Of a DNA stretch of 25,314 nucleotides, positions 17,794 to 25,314 are shown one piece after another; the stretch's first letter is position 1, and each line of letters starts with the position of its first letter. The notes under the pieces were generated by a model, which made no database searches, was not told the DNA's origin, and saw only the letters and a list, made by a program, of their open reading frames with translations. The translations under genes were made by a program, and so were the position numbers. Source of the stretch: a virus (taxonomy: Duplodnaviria > Caudoviricetes); IMG/VR virus record IMGVR_UViG_3300005805_008748, positions 1 through 25,314 of that record; one strand, 5' to 3'.

Positions 17794-18747
17794 TTAAATT
17801 TTAGTTTTATACCATTCAATTGTTTCTTTTATTCCTTCTCCAAAAGTATATGTTGGCTCAAATCCCAATTCATTTTTGATTCGTTCAATACTGACTGCTC
17901 TGAAAGGTATTGTTGTAGGTTTAGAATCATCCCAAATAACTTCAGGGTTAAGTTTACTAACTTCAATTATTGTGTCTACGATTTTACCAATAGATATTCC
18001 TCCACCGTATCCCAAGTTATATGGCCTTATAGACTCTCCTTTTTCAAGAATCAACAACCCACCTTTGACAACATCTTTAACATAAAGAAAATCTCTAACA
18101 ACATCAGGTGAACCCCAAACTACGAATGGATTTTCACCACTTAATAATCTTTTAATCAACGCTGGAACAACGTGGCAAGTTTTCAAATCGAAGTTGTCAT
18201 AAGGCCCGAATATTGCGGTACCTCTTGCGATACAAATTTCCATATCCCCTAACCGTGATACGTGTTCCATCAATTTTTCTCTGTATCTCCTCATCCATCC
18301 ATATCCATAGTAAGACTTGTATGGCTCATCCACCCAAAACTCATCTTCAGTCAATGGTCTCCTAATATCAGGATATCCTGTGGAGCTATTAAGGTCCAAA
18401 AATCGTTTCACCTTTGACTTATACGATGCTTCTAACACATTTCCAATTATTTGGATTTGTTTCAATGAAATTTGTACATCAGTTGGTACTGTGGATGGAT
18501 GAGCGATTTGCCCCGCACAATGAATTACATAGTCACAGCCTTCAACAAGTCTGAAACAATCTTCTAATTTTGTGAGATCTATATTTTCATGGACTACAAT
18601 ACTCTCATGATTGTATTGTAGTGGAGATTTATGAGTGTGAGTGATAACTTTTGCGCCTTGTTTAACAAGTTCAATTAAATAATGGGTACCAATGAACCCA
18701 GATCCCCCCGTAACAACAACCTTTTTATTCTTAAAAAATTCTTTCAT
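17794..18747 (-). CDS. GDP-sugar epimerase/reductase (Fcl/ColC-like extended SDR)
   Basis: TGGSGFIG, FGPYDNF, HVVPALI, VWGSPDVVRDFLYVKD, WDDSKP. Confidence 0.8.
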   Translation of the reverse strand: MKEFFKNKKVVVTGGSGFIGTHYLIELVKQGAKVITHTHKSPLQYNHESIVVHENIDLTKLEDCFRLVEGCDYVIHCAGQIAHPSTVPTDVQISLKQIQIIGNVLEASYKSKVKRFLDLNSSTGYPDIRRPLTEDEFWVDEPYKSYYGYGWMRRYREKLMEHVSRLGDMEICIARGTAIFGPYDNFDLKTCHVVPALIKRLLSGENPFVVWGSPDVVRDFLYVKDVVKGGLLILEKGESIRPYNLGYGGGISIGKIVDTIIEVSKLNPEVIWDDSKPTTIPFRAVSIERIKNELGFEPTYTFGEGIKETIEWYKTKI

Positions 18748-19415
18748 AGTAATTTATTTGTTTTCATATATCGTTTAAATGAAATTTCACGTTTTCCAAT
18801 ACCGATTGCGTCATCCAAAAACAAATCACATGGGTCATTGTAAATATAATTTGATAATGAACTATCATATAATAATTCATTTTTTACAAAAATTAAGTTT
18901 CCCGTCATACAAACTAACGAATAATTCTTATTTTTAGCTAAATTAACAGTAGATTTGAAACTACTACTGAAAATTTTACCATCATAAACATGTTCAGTTT
19001 GACAATCAAAAAACGGATTTATTTCTATAACAACAACCTTAGGTTTATAGTCCTTGAGACTATCCCAAACATGATAGTCGTTCCCGTCAATATCAATACT
19101 CAATATATCAAAGTCTAATACCAAATCAGTTTTTTTTAGAACATTATCAAGCCGAGTTTCTCCAATTGTAGTTATTTCTTCATGAATAATTAAACCCCCT
19201 TCTAACTGTGGTAGATGAAAAGGATTTTTGTCAATATAAACTCCATACCAACCATAGTTTTGAACTAAATTATATGTATTGGAGAAAATAAGATGATTCA
19301 TCCCTACCTCACAACACTGTTTGTTATTCAACTTTAACTCATTAATTAAAAATTGTAAGACACCATCTTCTCCGTACTGAGAATATATTGAATATGAATT
19401 ATCAATTACTTTCAA
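18744..19415 (-). CDS. FkbM/Methyltransf_21-like methyltransferase
   Basis: YSQYGEDGVL, EVG, SNT, GWYG, LSIDIDGNDYHVW, PKVVVIEIN, GNLIFV. Confidence 0.75.
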   Translation of the reverse strand: MKVIDNSYSIYSQYGEDGVLQFLINELKLNNKQCCEVGMNHLIFSNTYNLVQNYGWYGVYIDKNPFHLPQLEGGLIIHEEITTIGETRLDNVLKKTDLVLDFDILSIDIDGNDYHVWDSLKDYKPKVVVIEINPFFDCQTEHVYDGKIFSSSFKSTVNLAKNKNYSLVCMTGNLIFVKNELLYDSSLSNYIYNDPCDLFLDDAIGIGKREISFKRYMKTNKLL

Positions 19416-20386
19416 TGATTAACAAATGGATTATATCGTTTATCTAAAATGTCTTTGTTGTTCAAAAACCACTCTGTAGTTTTTTTAACCCCCTCTTCTA
19501 ATGAAGTATAACTTTTGAATCCATATTTATTCATCTTGTTCATACTCATCAATCTTTTTTTGTCACCACTCGGCACATCAGTCAACCATTTAATATCAAT
19601 ATCTTTTCCCGAATGTTTAATTACTAGTTCAACAAGTTCTTTAATTGAATTTCCTTCACCCGAACCCAAGTTGACTGGTTCCGTAATTTTATTTTCAACA
19701 GTAAAAATCATTCCTTTTGCAACATCTTCAGCGTAAATAAAATCTCGAATCGGTGACCCGTCTCCAAATACCTCTAAAACATCGTTCTCTTGAGCTTTAC
19801 GTATTAATGAGGGTACAACCATCGCGTTAGCTGGATTAAAGTTGTCATACGGTCCATAAACGTTTGCAGGTCTAACTATAGATATCCTATCCCACCCATA
19901 TTGTTTGGAATAAGTTTCAGTCTGTAATTCTCCAATCCTTTTTGCCCAACCTGCATACATATCATTTGGGGATGGAAATGACCCCCATACACTTTCTTCG
20001 TAAAAAATTTCAGATGGTGCATATACCCCCACTGAACTTGTGAACAAATACCATTTGACATCAGATTCAAATGCCGCTTGAGTCATGTTAGTATTGAACT
20101 GCAACATCGGGACCATAAAATCAACTGGTTGATTCATACACATTTGTGGAGACCCCTTGACACCGGCTAAATGAAAAACATAGTCTTTCCCTTTACAAAC
20201 TTCTAAACAGTTATTGAAATTTCTCAAATCAGTCTTAACGAAATCAACATTCAAGGGTAAATCTTCAGGCTCTGTCAAATCCGCGATAGTGACTTTAGCC
20301 CCTCTCATCACTAACTTTTTAACTAGCTGTCTTCCAATCATTCCTGATCCGCCAGTGACTAATACTTTTTGATTGTTAAACATCAT
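19412..20386 (-). CDS. Second GDP-sugar epimerase/reductase (Fcl/ColC-like extended SDR)
   Basis: TGGSGMIG, FHLAGVKG, RPANVYGPYDNF, VPSLIRK, GDGSPIRDFIYAED, PVNLGSG. Confidence 0.8.
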   Translation of the reverse strand: MMFNNQKVLVTGGSGMIGRQLVKKLVMRGAKVTIADLTEPEDLPLNVDFVKTDLRNFNNCLEVCKGKDYVFHLAGVKGSPQMCMNQPVDFMVPMLQFNTNMTQAAFESDVKWYLFTSSVGVYAPSEIFYEESVWGSFPSPNDMYAGWAKRIGELQTETYSKQYGWDRISIVRPANVYGPYDNFNPANAMVVPSLIRKAQENDVLEVFGDGSPIRDFIYAEDVAKGMIFTVENKITEPVNLGSGEGNSIKELVELVIKHSGKDIDIKWLTDVPSGDKKRLMSMNKMNKYGFKSYTSLEEGVKKTTEWFLNNKDILDKRYNPFVNH

Positions 20387-21563
20387 TCAATAATTTAGCA
20401 AGGTTTATAATTTGTTCATCGGTGAGGTCTATATGGTTACCGATATACAGTGAATTATTATGTACATAATTGACAGAATCCAAATCCCCAACTACTTTAA
20501 ATGGGAAATTATCCAAATATGGTTGGATTGCTTGATTCCCACCTCCAGCAGTTCCTAATCTATATTCGACACCCCTCAAATCCAACCTATCACAGACACT
20601 GTCAAAATCATCATTTATGTGAAATCTATCTTTATACTCAGGTCGTATTATAAGGGGTAATGCAAAACTACTATTACCTTCAACATCAAACTCTGTAAAG
20701 TATTTTCTACTGTCCAAATTTTGCAACCAAACTGATAAATTATGTTTTCGTTTTTCAACATAACTGTCAATTCTTTTCATCTGTTCGATTCCTAACACAG
20801 CATTTAATTCTGTACTTCTCATGTTGAATCCTGCAACCGCAAAGGTAAACATCGGATTCAACTCAGGATAATTTTTTTTGTAGTCATTCTGAGTTTTTTC
20901 AGATACTTCTCTTGTCATACCATGAGACCTGAACAATTTAGAAAACTCATCAATCTCTTCATTGTTGGTACAAATCATTCCTCCTTCAATAGTAGTGATG
21001 TGGTGTCCGAAGTAGAATGAAAATATAGAAATGTCCCCGTAAGTTCCAACTTTTTTACCGTCATAAGTAGCCCCATGAGCCTCACAACAATCTTCAATTA
21101 ACAGAATATTATTTTCTTTGGCTATTTTGATAATTTCTTCATTAATTGCATTAAATCCCAAACAATGAACCAAAACAATTGCTTTAGTTTTTTTGGTGAT
21201 TGCCTTCTTAATGTTTTCTGAAGTTATTGCTAAATTATCCAAAGAAATATCAACAAATACCGGAGTCATTCCCAATTGGACCACAGAAGAAATATCTGAA
21301 ACCCATCCTAATGGAGGTACAATTACTTCACCTAATCCCCTTAATTCTTTTACAATAGCAATAGAAACAAAATTTCCAGAATTTCCTGAGTTCAACATTG
21401 TACTATGTTTCACCCCTAACCAATTACTCCAAATTTTTTCAAATTCTTGTACTTTTGTTCCGTTTGTCAATCTTTGATTTGATAATATAAAATTTGACAA
21501 AACTTCTCTGTCTTCTTGATTAACGTTGTCATTAATCAAGGGCCAATTATAAGTCTTTCCCAT
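20376..21563 (-). CDS. colD: PLP-dependent GDP-4-keto-6-deoxymannose 3-dehydratase (ColD type, DegT fold)
   Basis: EDCCEAHGA; SFYFGHHITTIEGGM has His in place of the Schiff-base Lys; RSHGMTRE and GFNMR. It lacks the Cys-rich Fe-S insert of E1/RfbH. Confidence 0.78.
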   Translation of the reverse strand: MGKTYNWPLINDNVNQEDREVLSNFILSNQRLTNGTKVQEFEKIWSNWLGVKHSTMLNSGNSGNFVSIAIVKELRGLGEVIVPPLGWVSDISSVVQLGMTPVFVDISLDNLAITSENIKKAITKKTKAIVLVHCLGFNAINEEIIKIAKENNILLIEDCCEAHGATYDGKKVGTYGDISIFSFYFGHHITTIEGGMICTNNEEIDEFSKLFRSHGMTREVSEKTQNDYKKNYPELNPMFTFAVAGFNMRSTELNAVLGIEQMKRIDSYVEKRKHNLSVWLQNLDSRKYFTEFDVEGNSSFALPLIIRPEYKDRFHINDDFDSVCDRLDLRGVEYRLGTAGGGNQAIQPYLDNFPFKVVGDLDSVNYVHNNSLYIGNHIDLTDEQIINLAKLLNDV

Positions 21564-21580
21564 AATAGTAAAAATAAAAT

Positions 21581-22315
21581 TTATTTCATCGAAGTCAAAG
21601 ACTTATCCAATATTAATTTCAACAAATGGACAGGTATATTAATTGGATTGTGTACCCCTGTAGGATATGGATAAAAAATATCCTCAACACTAAACTGCAT
21701 GGCGGTTAAGATATCAGGAAGTTGATTGTCTTGTAAATATTTTACGAAAAAAATGTCCTCCCAAACACCCTCTTCGGGTTCATGTTTTTTCAAGTATTCT
21801 ATGGTTTTAGATTTTTTCCTAATAGACAATCCTCCGTTTCCGACGAGTTTACCTTCTTTAGTTTTTGACCAAGGAGCACCAATAAAATCATACTGTAAAA
21901 AATTATCAGAAAGGTTTCTTAGCATCATAGAGTCTATTTGGAAATTTAGTATTGTTTCACCTTCAACTAATTCCCAAAATTTCAAACTCTTAAGTAATTC
22001 CGTGTGTGTTTTTTTATCGATATCCTCGATATCAAGTTTGGTCATTACAACATTTTCCCAACCATCTACAATGTTTCTAATGAAATTTTCATTACTCTCA
22101 CTGTGAAAAATTTGTAACCCCCATTTTACATCTTTATTATTTTTATTCAAAAAATAAATGTGGTTTTTTAAAATTTGTTCGAAGTTAATTACAATTCTAT
22201 TTTCAATTATAATTGAATTGAATGCCGAATTTTTTTTTAACTGAGGATGAAACCCTTTCGTCTTTTCATCGAACTTCATCATATATTCACTCAAAAGTAT
22301 ATGTTGGGGTGTCAT
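21581..22315 (-). CDS. DUF5672-like protein (putative GT-A-like)
   Basis: FQIDS, YDFIGAPW, VGNGGLSIRK, EDIFF, FSVE, GVH. Confidence 0.7.
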   Translation of the reverse strand: MTPQHILLSEYMMKFDEKTKGFHPQLKKNSAFNSIIIENRIVINFEQILKNHIYFLNKNNKDVKWGLQIFHSESNENFIRNIVDGWENVVMTKLDIEDIDKKTHTELLKSLKFWELVEGETILNFQIDSMMLRNLSDNFLQYDFIGAPWSKTKEGKLVGNGGLSIRKKSKTIEYLKKHEPEEGVWEDIFFVKYLQDNQLPDILTAMQFSVEDIFYPYPTGVHNPINIPVHLLKLILDKSLTSMK

Positions 22316-22329
22316 TCTTAATAGTTAAA

Positions 22330-23097
22330 TTAGTTTTTTTCAGTTATGTATTTGTAAAATAATTCAAATTGAATTTTATGACCTTTTTCCCCCAAATGAT
22401 TATCTCGAACTTGCCAATTAGTTTCTTCTCCGATTGTCAATGCCCCATATTGATGAAACACATCAAATATTGTTCTTTTAAATTCTGACCTGTGAATTTT
22501 TATACAATTCTCATCTTGAATTATCGAAGGTAAATTATTTATTTGCTCATGAAGAATATACTTTCTATCAATTAATTTTTCAGTAGGTAAATTATTTATT
22601 ATATCTACGTCCGCAGACCAAAAAAAAACTTCAAAGTTTTTTGATTTTGAAAGCTCATGTATTATTTTTTCATGTTCATAGATTTCATCAATACACAAAG
22701 GGAGAGTTTTTTGTAATGCAACATCAGTTCTTGTCTCCTCGGAAATTACACTACCGTCATGAGGAGATCCTCCTAATCTTACCCAAATATATTTTTCAAT
22801 TTTATCCCACCAAAATGCCCATCTAAATCTACTCGGATAAGTCCAACTGATTATGACTATATCACCTTTTTCAAACTCATTCGAATGTTGACACACTGTT
22901 TGAAACACCTCGGAATTTGACATACCCCCAACCGCATGATTATTCATTTTCATATGTAATTTTTCTGAAAGTAAATCCCCCCAACATGGTGGTAATTCCC
23001 CCCCTCTGAAGTTTTTCCATTCTTGGTAAGGTGGATAAGTTAAATCTAAGTTATGTCCTTCGGTAAAACTGTCTCCAAATAAATGTAGAGTTTTCAT
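22330..23097 (-). CDS. SGNH-like hydrolase or acyltransferase
   Basis: FGDSFTEG, NHAVGGMSN, SWTYPSR, DNHLGEKGH. Confidence 0.72.
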   Translation of the reverse strand: MKTLHLFGDSFTEGHNLDLTYPPYQEWKNFRGGELPPCWGDLLSEKLHMKMNNHAVGGMSNSEVFQTVCQHSNEFEKGDIVIISWTYPSRFRWAFWWDKIEKYIWVRLGGSPHDGSVISEETRTDVALQKTLPLCIDEIYEHEKIIHELSKSKNFEVFFWSADVDIINNLPTEKLIDRKYILHEQINNLPSIIQDENCIKIHRSEFKRTIFDVFHQYGALTIGEETNWQVRDNHLGEKGHKIQFELFYKYITEKN

Positions 23098-23107
23098 TCT
23101 TTAATTC

Positions 23108-23746
23108 TTAAAGGTGGTTTTTTATTTTTTCCAAAATTTCTTCTGCGATTAATTTATATCCCAGAATGTTTGGGTGATAATCCCCTACAAAGAGGTTTTC
23201 TTCATTTTCCCACACACTCCTACTACCATATTCCCAAACTGACTCATCATTTAGAATTTCGTAATTTCTTAACATATCTACCATTGTCCCACTTGGATTA
23301 ATGAAATAATTTGGTAAATTGGAAATATCAAATTCATCCTCATCTTTAAAAGTCGGATAAAAACTATTAAAGTAAAATCGTTTATGCGATTTCAAAAGAT
23401 TTTCTAATTTTTCGAATACTTCTACGGGATTATTCTCAGGTTTTTTTGTTCGATACCTGTGTGGATATGAAAACATGATGATAAAGACATCATCATTTTC
23501 AACTAATTTATCATCGAACAAATTTTTAACTTCTCGGTATATGTCATAATTACCTGCACCACAATAAGCACTGTTTACAAAAATACAATCGAGTTTTTCA
23601 GCAACGTATCTCGGCCAAGAATTGGATTTTCTCAAATTGACAATAAATCCATTTCCATCCGATGGTTGAGCGATTTCTTTGTACCTTACGTCAGTCTCGA
23701 CTCCGTGACCTGCTGTCCAACTATCCCCGAATGTCAATAATCTCAT
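23108..23746 (-). CDS. SGNH-like hydrolase or acyltransferase
   Basis: FGDSWTAG, SWP, NSAYCGAGN, DYHPNILGY. Confidence 0.75.
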   Translation of the reverse strand: MRLLTFGDSWTAGHGVETDVRYKEIAQPSDGNGFIVNLRKSNSWPRYVAEKLDCIFVNSAYCGAGNYDIYREVKNLFDDKLVENDDVFIIMFSYPHRYRTKKPENNPVEVFEKLENLLKSHKRFYFNSFYPTFKDEDEFDISNLPNYFINPSGTMVDMLRNYEILNDESVWEYGSRSVWENEENLFVGDYHPNILGYKLIAEEILEKIKNHL

Positions 23747-24477
23747 AATTTATTATTAATAAATTCAATAATATTATTATGAAGGAATTCATTATAAATA
23801 ATTTTTTGCGAATCCGACCCATAATGAAAATTGTTTTCAGAAACAGTTTGTAATTTTTTTTTCTTAGCAAATGATTCAACACTACCATCAATAACGTACA
23901 TTGAATTTATTATGTCTCCATACCCAACTTTTTTAGCAAGTTCTTTGATATCCACTGACCATGAAAAAAATAGAACTTTTTTATTATAAAAATTAAATAA
24001 ATTTTGAATCGACATCAAAGTATGAAATACTTTTATTTTCATATTGAAGTCAGAAGTTACAATATGATTTGTCATAAATTCAGCTACGTCGTAGTTTTTA
24101 TTTATTAATCGATTGATATCATTGTTTTCAGATAAATGCTGAAATGTATAATATGAAATCCCATTTGTTTGTCTAAAACAGCATATTTTATTTTCATCGT
24201 ATTCCAACTGAGGAAAATATTTTCTATATTCTTCTGCAGGATCATTTCCGTTTAATCCTAAAACTAATCTCGAGGGTTCAATTATTTGATAAACATAAAA
24301 ATCTACTTTTTTGTAGTCCAAAGTTTTCTTTATTTTTTCGATCATCATTTCGTTCCCAACACCAGGTGCACTCACGTCAGTAATTTCACATCCTAACTTC
24401 TCTGACATGTAATGTGACCATGGTCTCCCATAACTCCCACCAGAATGAGAACAACCTGCAATTCCAATATTTAACAT
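23743..24477 (-). CDS. SGNH-like protein (divergent)
   Basis: AGCSHS, SAPGVGN, EPSRL, NFHYG. Confidence 0.6.
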   Translation of the reverse strand: MLNIGIAGCSHSGGSYGRPWSHYMSEKLGCEITDVSAPGVGNEMMIEKIKKTLDYKKVDFYVYQIIEPSRLVLGLNGNDPAEEYRKYFPQLEYDENKICCFRQTNGISYYTFQHLSENNDINRLINKNYDVAEFMTNHIVTSDFNMKIKVFHTLMSIQNLFNFYNKKVLFFSWSVDIKELAKKVGYGDIINSMYVIDGSVESFAKKKKLQTVSENNFHYGSDSQKIIYNEFLHNNIIEFINNKL

Positions 24478-25208
24478 TGTTCGTGTTTCTTTATAAAATT
24501 ATAGAAAAAATTTGCTTGTGCAATGTGTCCATATTCACCAAAATGTCCATCATTGACTACTGAATTAGTTTCATGACAAATTCTACTATGTTGTCCTGTT
24601 TGTTCGTAATTTATCTGCTCAATCCTCTCCATTAATCCTAAACCTCGATTTTCCGAATCTATTACATTTATAAATTTTTCATTATCAACTTTATTAAATT
24701 CAATACCCATATCAACATCACTTGTCCAATGATGAACTTTCACTTTTTTCAAATCACAATAGAGATTTATAATCTTTATCCATCCAGCAACTTCTTTTTG
24801 CCACGCAAGATGTGTTCTATTATAAAAAACTTCATTGATTGTATTTTTTGATAGTAAAGTTTCTACAAAATCGTTATCACAAGGTAGAATATTAACCAAC
24901 GAATTATCTTTGAAATGTGCTGCAACAAATCTCACATTATTTGCCCATCCTATAATTACTCTGTCATTTTCTTCGAATTGGTCACAAACATTCAAAAAAT
25001 TCATAAATATATTGGTATTTGCAGAACCTCCAACCGCAAAGTTTTTGACTTCACATCCGAGTTCTCTTCCCAAAATTGTTGGCCAAACATCAGGTAGTTG
25101 ACCTCCCCTGTATGCTTTATAATGGTCATAGTTACTAACCATAAAATCCGCACCAACTGGATAGTATTCAGCAGTGTAACTATCCCCAAAAACCCATAAT
25201 TTTTTCAT
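24471..25208 (-). CDS. SGNH-like hydrolase or acyltransferase; start revised from TTG 25214 to ATG 25208
   Basis: MKKLWVFGDSYTA, VWP, NFAVGGSAN, DGHFGEYGH; resembles 22330..23097. Confidence 0.72.
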   Translation of the reverse strand: MKKLWVFGDSYTAEYYPVGADFMVSNYDHYKAYRGGQLPDVWPTILGRELGCEVKNFAVGGSANTNIFMNFLNVCDQFEENDRVIIGWANNVRFVAAHFKDNSLVNILPCDNDFVETLLSKNTINEVFYNRTHLAWQKEVAGWIKIINLYCDLKKVKVHHWTSDVDMGIEFNKVDNEKFINVIDSENRGLGLMERIEQINYEQTGQHSRICHETNSVVNDGHFGEYGHIAQANFFYNFIKKHEQC

Positions 25209-25210
25209 AA

Positions 25211-25314
25211 TCAAATTAAACCTTTAAAAAACTTATAATCATCCGAATTTTTCAAAATATCAAAAATAATTTTTTTATTTTTTTCGAATCTATCGTAATT
25301 ATTTTTATAAAACT
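25211..25314 (-). CDS. 3' end of a gene entering the window; likely a further paralog of the GT-like 13938..15128
   Basis: Hand translation FYKNNYDRFEKNKKIIFDILKNSDDYKFFKGLI* aligns without gaps to FFKHNKSRFDRNVQIFEEMKKDKTDYNFYKSLI*. Confidence 0.7.
   Translation of the reverse strand, partial: FYKNNYDRFEKNKKIIFDILKNSDDYKFFKGLI

Noticed and set aside
20376-21563. Annotation as a DegT/perosamine-type aminotransferase
   Set aside because: The Schiff-base Lys position is His (GHHITTIEGG), diagnostic of 3-dehydratases. The absence of the Fe-S Cys insert argues against E1/RfbH.
14-25189. Short alternative ORFs in the track (e.g. 14..220, 2212..2394, 3312..3611, 10359..10637, 14680..14964, 21726..22106, 24835..25101)
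   Set aside because: They lie antisense or out of frame within well-supported genes, mostly lack ATG starts, and show no recognisable motifs.
1-25314. Alternative genetic code (stop-codon reassignment)
   Set aside because: Genes are full length under the standard code, and TAA, TGA and TAG all end genes at sensible positions.

Overview
AT-rich, wall-to-wall coding window arranged as two convergent gene blocks that meet with overlapping stop codons at 8412-8415. The + block (1-8415, 12 genes) holds tailoring enzymes: four 2OG-Fe(II) oxygenases, four SGNH-like proteins (three close paralogs), a radical SAM protein, a sulfotransferase, an FkbM-like methyltransferase and a glycosyltransferase-like protein. 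The - block (8412-25314) holds NDP-sugar biosynthesis genes (Gmd-like dehydratase, ColD-type 3-dehydratase, two Fcl-like SDRs, minimal TPP-dependent E1 alpha/beta pair, sugar C-methyltransferase, nucleotidyltransferase, purine nucleoside phosphorylase), a carbamoyltransferase with a 38-aa partner ORF missed by the ORF track, and more GT-like and SGNH-like genes. I saw no transporters, flippases, signal peptides, RNA genes, CRISPR or mobile-element enzymes. The content resembles a glycan-modification island of a large bacteriophage, but this is inference because no viral hallmark gene is in the window. The most striking unexplained signal is a shared C-terminal tail (polar or Lys residue, then Leu/Ile-Leu/Ile-stop) on 10 of 12 + strand proteins from six unrelated families and on four - strand proteins, but not on the nucleotide-sugar precursor enzymes. 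It may be an undescribed docking or sorting tag.
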